Source of the DNA: Octopus sinensis
Lineage: Eukaryota
DNA: 64,000 nucleotides
Direction: 5' to 3'
NCBI RefSeq assembly: GCF_006345805.1
Contig: NC_043005.1
Span: 25,854,001 to 25,918,000 of the forward strand
The notes below the pieces were generated by a model, which had not been told where the DNA came from, did no database searches, and was given only the letters and a program-made list of their open reading frames with translations. This document shows, piece after piece, positions 52,763 through 64,000 of the stretch (positions within the stretch are counted from its first letter, which is position 1; each line of letters opens with the position of its first letter). The translations under genes were made by a program, and so were the position numbers.

Positions 52763-53059
52763 GATGATGATAATGGCGATGATGATGATGGCGATGATGA
52801 TGATGATGATAGTATTTGGGAAGATATCGGTGATAGCAACTTCTGTTGCCGTTGATGAGGGTGACACAAATCTTGACAGTGAACTGCAGCAGTAGCAGCA
52901 GCAGGTGCAGAGCAGTGCTATGACATCACACTGACACCTGACCACCATCACCACCACCACCGCTATCACTACAGTCACTTGTTCTGATACTACTACTACT
53001 ACCACTACTACTACTCCCACCACCTCTACTACTACTTGTACTACTACTACTACTGTTAG

Positions 53060-53091
<32 letters not shown>

Positions 53092-53400
53092 GTAGTAGTA
53101 GTAGTATTAGTAGTAGTAGTAGTAGTTGTAGGTTTTACCTGTAGTAATAGTAGTAACGGTGGAGGTGGTAGTAGTTGATGAGACAGTATTAGTAGTGGTT
53201 GTGGTTGTTCTAGTAACCTTAGTAGTATTGATAATTGTGGTATTATTATTGTTATTATTATTATTATTAGTAGTAGTAGTAGTAGTAGTAGTAGTAACAG
53301 CAGTGGAGGATGAGATGATGCTGGTGATACAAATGGGTATTTGCGCCACAGAAACAATACCAGTAATTCTAGTGACTACGGTAACAAGAAAAGCAACAGC

Positions 53401-53434
<34 letters not shown>

Positions 53435-53872
53435 CTACTACTACTACTACTACTACTTCTACTACTTCTACTACTACTGCTGCTACTGCTGGCTCTGCTG
53501 TTGCTTTTCTTGTTACCGTAGTCACTAGAATTACTGGTATTGTTTCTGTGGCGCAAATACCCATTTGTATCACCAGCATCATCTCATCCTCCACTGCTGT
53601 TACTACTACTACTACTACTACTAATAATAATAATAATAATAATAATAACAATAATAATACCACAATTATCAATACTACTAAGGTTACTAGAACAACCACA
53701 ACCACTACTAATACTGTCTCATCAACTACTACCACCTCCACCGTTACTACTATTACTACAGGTAAAACCAATCCTCACAGTAAATACTACTGCAGCTACA
53801 TCTCCCCCTACCACGATCACTAAACCTAATAACATTACCACTACTACTAATGATAATAATAATTACAGTAAA

Positions 53873-53933
<61 letters not shown>

Positions 53934-54180
53934 TAATAATAATGATAATAATAATAATGATGATAATAATAATGAAATTATTGTATACAATATTATTGTA
54001 TGTGATGATGATGATGATGATGATGATAATAATAATGATAATAATAATAACAATAATAATAATATAATAATCATCATGATAATAATGATGATGAGGAGGA
54101 GGAGGAGGATTCTAATAATGATGATAATGATAATAATAATCATAATCATAATAATGATAATAATGATGATGATAATGATG

Positions 54181-54233
<53 letters not shown>

Positions 54234-54279
54234 TAATAATAATAAATTAGTGATGATGATGATGATGATGATAATAATG

Positions 54280-54312
<33 letters not shown>

Positions 54313-54366
54313 TTAATAACAATAAAAATAATGATGATGATGATAATAATAATAATAATTATTATA

Positions 54367-54399
<33 letters not shown>

Positions 54400-54400
54400 A
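51840..54400. repeat. 2.5-kb compound trinucleotide field (ACT/AGT, GGT/ACC, GAT, AAT/ATT)
   Basis: Direct reading. Confidence 0.95.
53131..53769. repeat. ~640-bp near-perfect palindrome
   Basis: 53131-53400 is the reverse complement of 53497-53769 apart from microsatellite length. The centre is (AGT)n switching to (ACT)n at agtact, 53431-53436. Confidence 0.95.
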
Positions 54401-56808
54401 CGTTACAAAGATCCTGCTTCAACTCGTTTTTATCGAAATGACATCAGAGTATTAACCTAAAAAAATGTATAAAAGGCAAATTCGGTTCCCGTTGGTTTTG
54501 AACTCGGAACTCAAAGCAAGTTAATTAAATACGCAGCTGAGCATTTTGTCTGGCACCCCACCGGTCCTGTCATTCATCAGCATTTGGTAATGTTAAGTTT
54601 TTACAAAAGCAGAAGACTGCACAGCTTTGAGTGTAAAATCGATTTAACAGACAGCCACATGCAATTGGCATTTAGAAGACAGAACAGCCAAATCCACCCC
54701 GAATAGAATTTATATTTAAAACGTAGAAAATACCCGAAAGAATTTTGTTCCGCTCTCAACCAATTTTGCCCTTAAATATTGAAAGATTTCATAGGCGAAC
54801 GCAGAGATATGTGGTTAAGACACTCGCATGTGTGTGAGTTTGTGTGTGTGTGTGTGTGTGTGAGTGTGTGTGAGTGTGTGTAAGTCTGTATGCGTGTGTG
54901 TATGTGCGTGTGTATGTGTGTATGTGTGTATGTGTATGATTGTGTGTGTGTTTTTGTGTTTGTAGTTGTTTTCCACATGACTTGACAAACTGTGTTGGTT
55001 TGTTTACGTCCTCTTAAATTAAGGGTTAGGCAAAAAGTACGATAGAATAAGAACCAAACTTTAATAAATAAGTATTGGAGTCGATTTGTTCGATTATACC
55101 CTTCAAGTCGGAAGCCCCAGCTCGGCCGCAGTTCAATGACTGATTAATGTAAACGATAAAAGATAAGTTCAAGGTCACATATTTTGTGTTTGAGGGAACC
55201 GTCTATCATATCACTTCAACCTTTTTACTTGACTAGTACGTTATTTTATCTCTCACTAAAGAATAAAATGCAAAACTGGTCTCGGCGAGAATCGAACTCG
55301 GAACGTAAAGAACGAAACAAACATCGCAAGGCATTGTATTATATTCGACAACCTACTGTTTCAGACAATCCATGATAGTAATTATTATGGCTTGCCCGAA
55401 ACAAGTGCATAATCGAATAACTCTACGCTCGAACAGGCGTTTCAGTAGCTTCATATTTAGTATGAGGCTCTGATGAGTGTTGATTGGTTTGAAACTCCTG
55501 TCCATATATAGGGATTGAAACTCCTGTCCATGTACAGGGATTATATCTAAATGCCAAAAACAGTGTTTGCATTTCAATATTTATTTCTCTTTTATGCCAA
55601 GGTATATATAAATACAGATTAAGATTAAACTGGAGGATGTCTATACCTTTGAATAGAGTACATCTCTATTTCACTTTCAAACGAAAACGATTGACAAGGA
55701 CTCCCATGTACAACGTGTAGTAATAAAATATATGCTACTTAATAATGAGCCGTCAAGTCCACAAATACACAAATTAGTTTGTCTACTTGCGTATAGGATC
55801 ATCTATATTTCCCTGACACGCAATCACAAACCTGTCAAACAGTCAGTCGTGAGACGCCCTCCACACTTCTCCGCTTTTGATCATTTTTAATGACTAGAAG
55901 AATTCCTTTTGAATAAGAAGGCTAAAGGCCGGGGATATTATTGCAGAAAAGCGTTTATAGTTAAAGTTCTTGCGTGTATGGATATTTCGCTGCGTAAAGT
56001 CAAATGCAGGACATCTTCAGTCTGATGTCGACACTAGATAACAGATCAGACTCAACTGATTTCTACAAAATGCAGAATGAGAGTTTTGGTGGTGTTCAGA
56101 TTAACTATTGATTCTAATTTAAGCGCAAGAACAGTAATCAGTGTTAGTCGATGCCATTGTCTCAAGTATTTTACCGGTACCACACTTTTGTAAGCCTGGG
56201 AAAATGAAGGGTAAAGTTGACCTCGACGAGATTTGCACTTAGAACGTAAAGACACGGAAGAAATAGCACACAGCATTTTTTTCCCGTCAATCTGAGGATT
56301 CTGCCAATCCACCACTCTGAAGTATTCAACTTAATAACAGCTTCAAAATGTGGCACAATCCAGCTTCTTTAATGAGAATAGCTTAATCAATTACTTCGAG
56401 CACAATGCCGAACTGGTAGTTATGTTATACAAAGGATGAAAGACATAGTCAACCTCGATGGAGACATACGAAGGTTTTGTCCGACATGCTAACGATTCGC
56501 TCAGCATACCGCTATGAGATTAATAACGACACAAAATGTATTGATTTGGGTAGAATATGAATTTATGTAAGTCATAAAGATGACAAGATTAAAGTAAAGT
56601 TTCTATAGATCGCAGAGAAACAAAACACTGAATTTTTCGTTTCCATTTATCCAATTAGCGACGTAATTTTAGTGTTCCTTTCCCAGAAGCGAAACCCTAT
56701 CGCAGGTTCCAAATCAGAGAGATTTCATCACAAGTTTGTTATCTGATGTTCCACCTGCCTAAAATATATACCAATGTAATTATCCAGAAATATCAAACGT
56801 ACACATGA

Positions 56809-56846
<38 letters not shown>

Positions 56847-58096
56847 GCGTGTGTGTAATTCCTCTTCTCATATCAGTACGACGCTAGGCCTTCACTCCAT
56901 TCTTTACGAGGTTTTTTGCACTTTGCGACCAAATAAATTAACAGTTACCAACAAATGGACTCTACACTATGCACTGACTAGTCTTTCTAATAATTATGAT
57001 ACATAAAATCCATGCATAGTACACGCCATACATATGTGTGTGTGAACATATAAATATATGATCATATATATATATGTGTGTATGTGTGTGTACTTATGTA
57101 TATACATACACACATACATATGTATACAGTTATTTATATATGTACATATATGGCTTGTCGAAATTTCGAAGTCACTGCAAAACTATTCTCGTTAAAGCAT
57201 AATAAATTTGTACTGTACCAAATGTTCTCGATGATCCTTAAATTTTATGTAAATTTGTGCCTGTTATAGTATAAAAACATTTATGTGCGTGCGTGTGTGT
57301 GTGTTCGTGTGCATATGGAGAGAGAAAGAACAAGAAAAAGAAGAAGAGAGAGAGAGAGGGGGGCGAGATGTATGTAGAATTTCTTTTCTCCCATTACACT
57401 AAGCGTTGGTAACTTGGAGGTTCATCTTTAATGACTGCTCTTTAATTCGTGAATAGCATAAAAATCACTTGCGCGCACACACACACACACACACACCACG
57501 AGATGCAGAAATATACATGCATAGATAAACAGTGCATATATGCATGCATGTATGTATGTATGTATGTATGTATGTATGTATGTATGTATGTATGTATGTA
57601 TGTGTGTGCATGTATCCATTTCTGATTATAAATTCTGGTTGCGATTATTGATTAAGTCCAACACTTTCCTATCAAAGTACATACGTGCCAATCGATAATT
57701 GTGATATGAATACTCTTCACGTCTGACTTTCCGCGACCATTTTCTCTATGGGTTCAAATCACGCTAGCGCCGACTTTTCTTTCATTTCTCGAGGTTTGGT
57801 CAAAAAATCAAAACTCAGTCAACTTATGGATCAATTAACTCCCCTGGCACCCTTCCACAGATTTGTAGTCTTGTGGAAATGTCAAATATTGCAATTATTA
57901 TCATCTCCAATATTCGGAGTTCAAATCACAGCGTGGTACACTTAGCCGTTCATCAAATCGAGGTCGATGAATTAAGTGCCAGTTGAGGTCCATATAATTG
58001 ATTTGCTCCGTCTCCATAAAACTGCTGGCTTTGTTCTACAATTTTAAACCATTATTACTATTAACGCTAGTAATATTATTTCTATTAACTATTAAC

Positions 58097-58312
58097 AAGG
58101 CGGCGAGCTGGCAGAAGCGTTAACACGCTGGGCGAAATACTTACTGGTATTTCGTGTTTTTTTATGTTCTGAGTTCAAATTCCGCCGAGCTCGACATTGC
58201 CTTTCATCCTTTCGGGGTCAATAAATTAAGTACAAGTTGCGTACTGGGATCGATCTAATCGACTGGCCCCCACCGCAAAATTTCGGGTTTTGTGCCTAGA
58301 GCAGAAAAGAAT
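58097..58312 (+). mobile_element. SINE (gagctggcagaa family)
   Basis: Full head and tail; attattactattaacgc occurs on both sides (~58030 and ~58313). Confidence 0.9.
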
Positions 58313-58646
58313 ATTATTACTATTAACGCGAGTGTTAGTCGAGCACTCAGTATTGTTTGAGCGTCGAACAAAATGCCTTGCAGTATTTTTGCCGTTTCAT
58401 GGCGTTCTGAATTTAACTTCTGCAGAAGCCACGTTTGTCTTTCATATTTTTTCGGGACAGAGAAATTAATAACTAAAACCAAGTTCGATGTAATCGATTT
58501 GGCTTTTGCCTAAAACTGCTGGCATTGTGCCAGAATTAGAATTATTATTAACAGTATTGCGTTTCCGGAGACTAGAAGCCAGCCGTCACTCACGATTTAG
58601 TAGCATGAAACATGCTTTCGCAAATCGTTTCCGATTCCTATAAATC

Positions 58647-58873
58647 GACGAGCTGGCAGAAACGTTAGCACGCTGGGCGAAATGCTTTGCGGCATTTCGT
58701 CTCCCATTACGTTCTGAGTTCAAATTCCGCCGAGGTCTACTTTGCCTTTCATTCTTTCGAGATCGATGAATTAAGTACCAGTTACGCACTGGGGTCGATG
58801 TAATCGACTTAATCCATCTGTCTGTCCTTGTTTGTCCCCTCTGTGTTTAGCCTCTTGTGGATAGTAAAGAAAT
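58647..58873 (+). mobile_element. SINE (same subfamily as 20131-20366)
   Basis: Shares the gtccttgtttgtcccctct.tgtttagcc tail. Confidence 0.9.
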
Positions 58874-58976
58874 ATATAAATATCGCGGGCAGACATAGAT
58901 AAACCTCTCAGCATCCCACTAACTTAGCAAAATCTCCAGGGTGTCACAGATGGAGCGAGAGAGAGAGAGAGAGAGG

Positions 58977-59008
<32 letters not shown>

Positions 59009-59299
59009 TACAGACAGACAGAGAGTCAGAGTTGCACTTGGATGATACTCATTATAGTTGAAAGGACTGGAACGACATTAAATAACGTGCCTTGTCGTAG
59101 GACCCATCATGCGCCCTCTGGTCTGGGAATTGATCCCACGACTTCATGATCATAGACTGAATATCGTAAGCACTAGCTAGGGTGCTTTCTCAACTGAAAC
59201 TGGCCGATAATATTGATCTCTTTTGAGATTCACTTCAGATCAGAGTCGTAGATTTTTAGTGAGTGGTGACTGAAAATTCCTAAAGCTGCAACATTATGA

Positions 59300-59960
59300 T
59301 AAATCTGAGGATTAAAAAATTTGATTTTCAATCACTTAATCCCGCATTCTATCGTACTGTGGCACAGCATATGTCTTTTACCAGAATTTGGATTTGACCT
59401 AATAGCTGTGAGTGAAATTGGGGAGATCAGAATTGTGCGAAAGCTTGTCCAGTTGAAGACATTGTCCGAAGCTCGGTTTAACACCCCACCACTTGCCATT
59501 TGATTCTTAGGTACATTTAACTGAGTCTATTTTATTCCAAACATTCGGTTTATGTCGCAGATATGAAGATAATCGTAAAGTTTGATCCATTGCTTCCAAT
59601 GACGATAAACAGTGAGTCATGGTTTCACCCACCTTTATATGCATTACTCCGTAAAACTATAAAAATCTTAGGTTCTGGCCTTTTCTTTCTCACTAAGCTT
59701 TCAGCAGAACAGCTAAACAATATTACATATTGTGAGAAATGCCTCCTTCTTTTACCGCCCAACCTACCTTAAATTTCATTAAGTATTCCTGAAAAGAGCC
59801 TATTGCCTATTATACGGCTCTTCTTTTATACCAGGTTTGAGCCTTTGGCTCATCGCCGAAATGTATCTTCGTTTTGTTTTTTCTATAAGTATTTCCATCG
59901 TCATTGCTCTGATGAACTTTCTACTCCAACATCCTCTGTCAAGGCCTTAAAAGTGTCACT
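59300..59960 (+). mobile_element. Decayed CR1-type LINE, 3' ORF2 remnant
   Basis: EPLAHRRNVSSFCFFYKYFHRHCSDELS matches the CR1-group C-terminal L.HRR.VASL..FY.YF...CS.EL motif. Confidence 0.7.
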
Positions 59961-60419
59961 CGCTTCACTTCCCAGGAGCATCGTTCTTCTCTTGAGCTTC
60001 TTCTAAGTCATAAGACATATTCCAACAGATCCTGTCCTCAAACTGCTGCTTTCCTCATCATCGTCTTGTTTAAGCATTCTTTCAATCGACATCTTTTAAA
60101 TTTTTAGGTCTCTTATTTTCCTTCATTATAATTCCTTGTGTTACAGTGGCCTCAAGACTTCTTTGGCATAAAATCACTAAAAGAAACCCATAACGTACCT
60201 GAAATCGCATACTATTGTTTTAAAACGCAACGAAACGTTGGATAATGTAGTCTTTAATATTCTGTTTTATTAAAATACAAGATGGTCACAGAACGCTGTT
60301 CACTGTGAATTTTTCTCAAGAACATCAACAACAGCATCAATGAAAATGCTGTGGGGATATTTTATGTGAGAGATGCAAAGAGTTACTATGAAACATCTTT
60401 AAACAGTTTAACGCACTTC

Positions 60420-60804
60420 AGGCGCACGAGTGGCTGTGTGGTAAGTAGCTTGCTTACCAACCACATGGTTCTGGGTTCAGTCCCACTGCGTGGCATTACT
60501 ATAGCCTCGGGCCGCCCCAAGCTTTGTAAGTGGATTTGGTAGACGGAAACGGAAAGAAGCCCGTCGTATATATGTATATATATATGTGTGTATGTGTGTT
60601 CGTCCCCCCCCCAACATCGCTTGACAATCGATGCTGGTGTGTTTACGTCCCCGTAACTTAGCGGTTCGGCAAAAGACACCGATAGAATAAGTACTAGGCT
60701 TATAAAGAATAAGTCCTTTGGTCGATTTGCGCGACTAAAGGCGGTGCTCCAGCATGGCCGCAGTCAAATGACTGAAACAAGTAAAAGGGTAAAGGAGTAA
60801 AGAG
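60420..60804 (+). mobile_element. CORE-like tRNA-derived SINE, near full length with a small deletion in the core
   Basis: ggcgcacgagtggctgtgtggtaag...gggttcagtccc head, internal TA/TG repeat, and tail ending gactgaaacaagtaaaag. Confidence 0.9.
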
Positions 60805-62399
60805 TTATTCTCTTGGAAAGCAAACTCACTCGAACTGGGTCTATAGATTAGTCGTTTCTCTCAGTTGTAGCTGTCTCGCTTCATTTACTATACGAATACT
60901 CTTGATAGATAAATGAATGTCGCAACAGCATTTTCCAATTTTTTTTTTTTTACATATTTCTTTCTGTTGAACTCACACATTCAGGTTGAACAGTGACAGA
61001 CACGGTACAGATACCGTACAAAATATCTCAGAGTAATTAATTGCGTCCTGTTATGTTCGGTGGAGGCGGTTAACCTAGTGGTTAATATTTTGCATTGAAG
61101 ATCGGGAAATTTCAGTTTCGATTCCAAGGCCAGGTAGTGCGCTGCGTTTCCGAGCAAAACGTTTCATTTCGCATTGCTCCAGCCCACGCGGCTCTAAATG
61201 AGTAGCCCTGTGAGTAGCTGGCGTCCCGTCCAAGGGGAGAAAAATGTTGTGATCTCGGCCACGGACTCCGGGTAAGTGGTCCTATCAGTCCTGATACTTG
61301 ACAGAGTAATACCCAGGGGACATTTTATACTGGGAATTCAGCCCACAAGATAGCATTTTGTCTTTCTGAAATCGATAAGTCCCAGTCATATATTTGGGTC
61401 CAGTCTAATACCCTTCTCTCTACAACCCACGGCCCAGAGTCAATATCAATAATAATAATTTTTATTTCTTTTTTTTAATCCTTATCATTAACACTGTCAA
61501 GACGGCTTGTTGGTAGACTCGTTAGCGCATCGAACGAAATGCTTAGCACTATTTCTTCCACCTCTTTACATTCTGAGCTCAAGTCCGCCAAGGTTAACTT
61601 TGCTTTTCATTCCTATGAATACCAGTCATGTACTGGGGTCGATGTATTGGACTTGGCCCACCTGCCATCTTTAGAAAAAAAACTTTCAATAGCAGCCATA
61701 TTATATTTCATTTTGGATTTGCTGAATGAATGGAAGCACGCCCGATTGGATAAGAGGTTTGTTTCGCAATTATTTGGTCTCGCGTTCAATTCCACAATGC
61801 AGTCTCTTGACGCATTATGTCACCCTGATTCAGTCAGAGAATTGTGCTAAGGTTAGGCATGTCCGTGGAATACTCAGTCACTTACACGTTGATTTAAACG
61901 AGCAAATAGTTCAATTAACAGAACAACTGAATGCTCACCGTCGAATCTGATGGCAGATCTACCATCATCATCTTAATTACCACTGCTACTCTCATCTTCA
62001 TCGTTATCATCATTAAAAACAGATTGTTTCTCGCTTTCTTTCTCTGGCGATATAAGATGCCATCATGAATGCGAGGTGTCTCCCGTCTTAACGAAAATTT
62101 ACTCTTCCTTGTGAAGCTTGAAATATCACCAATAGAGAACAGGTTTCAGGAACTCTATAATATACACAATATATGACACACACACACACACACCACACAC
62201 ACACACACAAGTATATAAAGTTGGAAACAGTCTATGTAAAGATCTCTAAGAGCATATGTAAGTATTCTTACTTTAATATCCACCACAGGATCCTCTCCTT
62301 GTTGCATTGTGGTTGCTCGTGTTTTTTCAGTGACCCTGTGCACCATTACAGCAGAGCTCAAGTTCCTAGTAGGCCCCCACCCCACCATGCTTGAGATAT

Positions 62400-62635
62400 C
62401 AAGAAATCAAGACAGAGGACAGGCAGATATAGCTCTTACCAGAGGTAAAAATGTGTTTCTGTAGGGCCAACACTCTTACGTGAAAAAAATGCAACGATGA
62501 CAATTCAAAAGCAACAAAAGCTGGAAAAAGAAAACTTCCTTTCAAGAAGCATGAGTGGGTACAAATAAGGCACACTTTTCCAGAGTCGGGGACAGTGGGG
62601 AAAAGTGATGGAAGGCCTATGCTCCACAGGGAGAG
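62400..62635 (+). mobile_element. RTE-type LINE 3' end remnant
   Basis: QSRGQWGKVMEGLCSTG matches the RTE terminal A.DR..W...V.GLCS motif. Confidence 0.55.
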
Positions 62636-62926
62636 AAAGACTTGTTATTATTATGATATAATAGAGCTGGGTTTGAAAGGACAGTCTTAAGCTTCAAAAT
62701 GCTATAGAACTGAAACGTAGCTTGTGCTTACGATATTCAGTCTATGATCATGAAGTCGTGGGATCAATTCCCAGACCAGAGGACGCGTGATGGGTCCTAC
62801 GACAAGGCACGTTATTTAATGTTGTTCCAGTCTTTTCAACTATAGTATATATCTAATACAGCTGAAAGAAGTATCGTACAAAACTCTGAGAAACACACAG
62901 AAATAGCATTACATGTGTATGTGTGT

Positions 62927-62964
<38 letters not shown>

Positions 62965-63882
62965 GTGTGTGTGTGTGTGTGGTGTGTGTGTGTGTGTATA
63001 CGTGTATAAAGAGAGAGTGAGAATGAGAGAGAAAGATGCACATGTATATGGTACTCTTACGGTGTAACAAGTATCTGAAATGAGCTTTGAATGGTTATAC
63101 ATTCTGTTGCCAGTTCTACAAGGTCTCAGATTCAGTATTACGTGGTTGCGCAAAAATCCGTTTTTCCATCTCAAACATTTAACAGATAATTATAATTATT
63201 ACCAAATTTTGATTTATTTGTTTTATAAATATTTAATAAAAATCTGGCAGATTAGTTTTTTTTTTTTCCTTTCCTTTACTGTTTATTTCGTCATTAACCA
63301 TGGAAAAAGTTTACAGCATCCAAAAACAAAAAAAAAACGATAAAGATTTTTCAATTAAATTTTAACAACGATTATTATACATTACAAACTAACGTCTGCG
63401 CCACCAAGCAGTAGTTGTAGATGTGTTTCTCAGAGCTCTGAAAATCCATCTCTACATTCACATCCAGCTCTATAAAACATATTTAAAGTTATAGTAGTAA
63501 CATTAGCTTCTCAGTGCTTTACACAACACTCACTCTATCTCTTTTCTGTTATATATGTATGATAAATAACTTAAAGAAAAAATATGAGCTTTCTAAATTT
63601 CTCCACAGAATGCCATCCAGTTCCGTTACTATATTATACATTTATGCCCTTCTTAGAGGTCTCAAAGAACCACATTTAGCTTTATAACATATTAATTATA
63701 TATCATACTACATGTTGGAGCTCTATGCTGGTTCCAACCTAAATCTGTTACATATATCAAATATATTATCATATATATATGTGCTTCTTAAAAGACTGCA
63801 AAGAACCACTTTGTTACGCTACATATATTAATTATGTATTATATTATTCCTTGTAGGTGTGTGTAATATTCTTACAGGTCCA

Positions 63883-63913
<31 letters not shown>

Positions 63914-63919
63914 TATAAT

Positions 63920-63961
<42 letters not shown>

Positions 63962-64000
63962 CGGGAAGCTTTATGAAAATAAACAAAAGACGAAGGCAGT

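Noticed and set aside
52544-52855. Poly-Asp ORF resembling an acidic biomineralisation protein, and the neighbouring Gly/Ser- and Thr-rich mucin-like ORFs
   Set aside because: They are pure (GAT)n, (GGT)n and (ACT)n arrays with no signal peptide or splice context, and the mucin-like frames are mirrored by the palindrome
55470-55541. CTGATGA...GAAAC followed by a 26-bp tandem duplication
   Set aside because: No stem II can form between the core words, so it is not called a hammerhead
13615-60804. SINE heads as additional tRNA genes
   Set aside because: They have A/B-box-like motifs but no closed cloverleaf and continue into shared SINE bodies
62331-62444. 114-nt candidate exon with good acceptor (ttttttcag) and donor (gag/gtaaaa) and one open frame
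   Set aside because: It runs into an RTE LINE 3' remnant, so it is more simply explained as TE sequence; it cannot be excluded without RNA-seq
76-63343. Most ORFs in the supplied track (poly-YI, HT, CV, poly-S/T/D/I/L/M)
   Set aside because: They are translations of di-, tri- and tetranucleotide microsatellites, open in several frames and on both strands at once

Overview
AT-rich, microsatellite-dense eukaryotic DNA with no convincing multi-exon host gene. It reads as intergenic or deep intronic sequence. The repeat families look like those of coleoid cephalopods (octopus-like); this is an inference from pattern recognition, not a database search. The window holds dozens of tRNA-derived SINE copies from at least two families and decayed non-LTR retroelements (Penelope-like, L1/Tx1, CR1/L2, RTE and probably R4/Dong). 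It also holds Tc1/mariner remnants and MITEs, and one near-perfect tRNA-Glu(TTC) gene. Almost all ORFs in the supplied track are translations of simple repeats. The most notable structures are: a ~640-bp spacer-less palindrome (53131-53769); minimal hammerhead-ribozyme motifs (1629-1669, 16938-16971); a tRNA gene enclosed by inverted SINE arms; a fold-back mariner derivative; an 88-nt hairpin directly after an orphan ORF; and a 29-bp minisatellite that appears to have grown out of a SINE segment. TE boundaries are approximate unless terminal repeats are cited.
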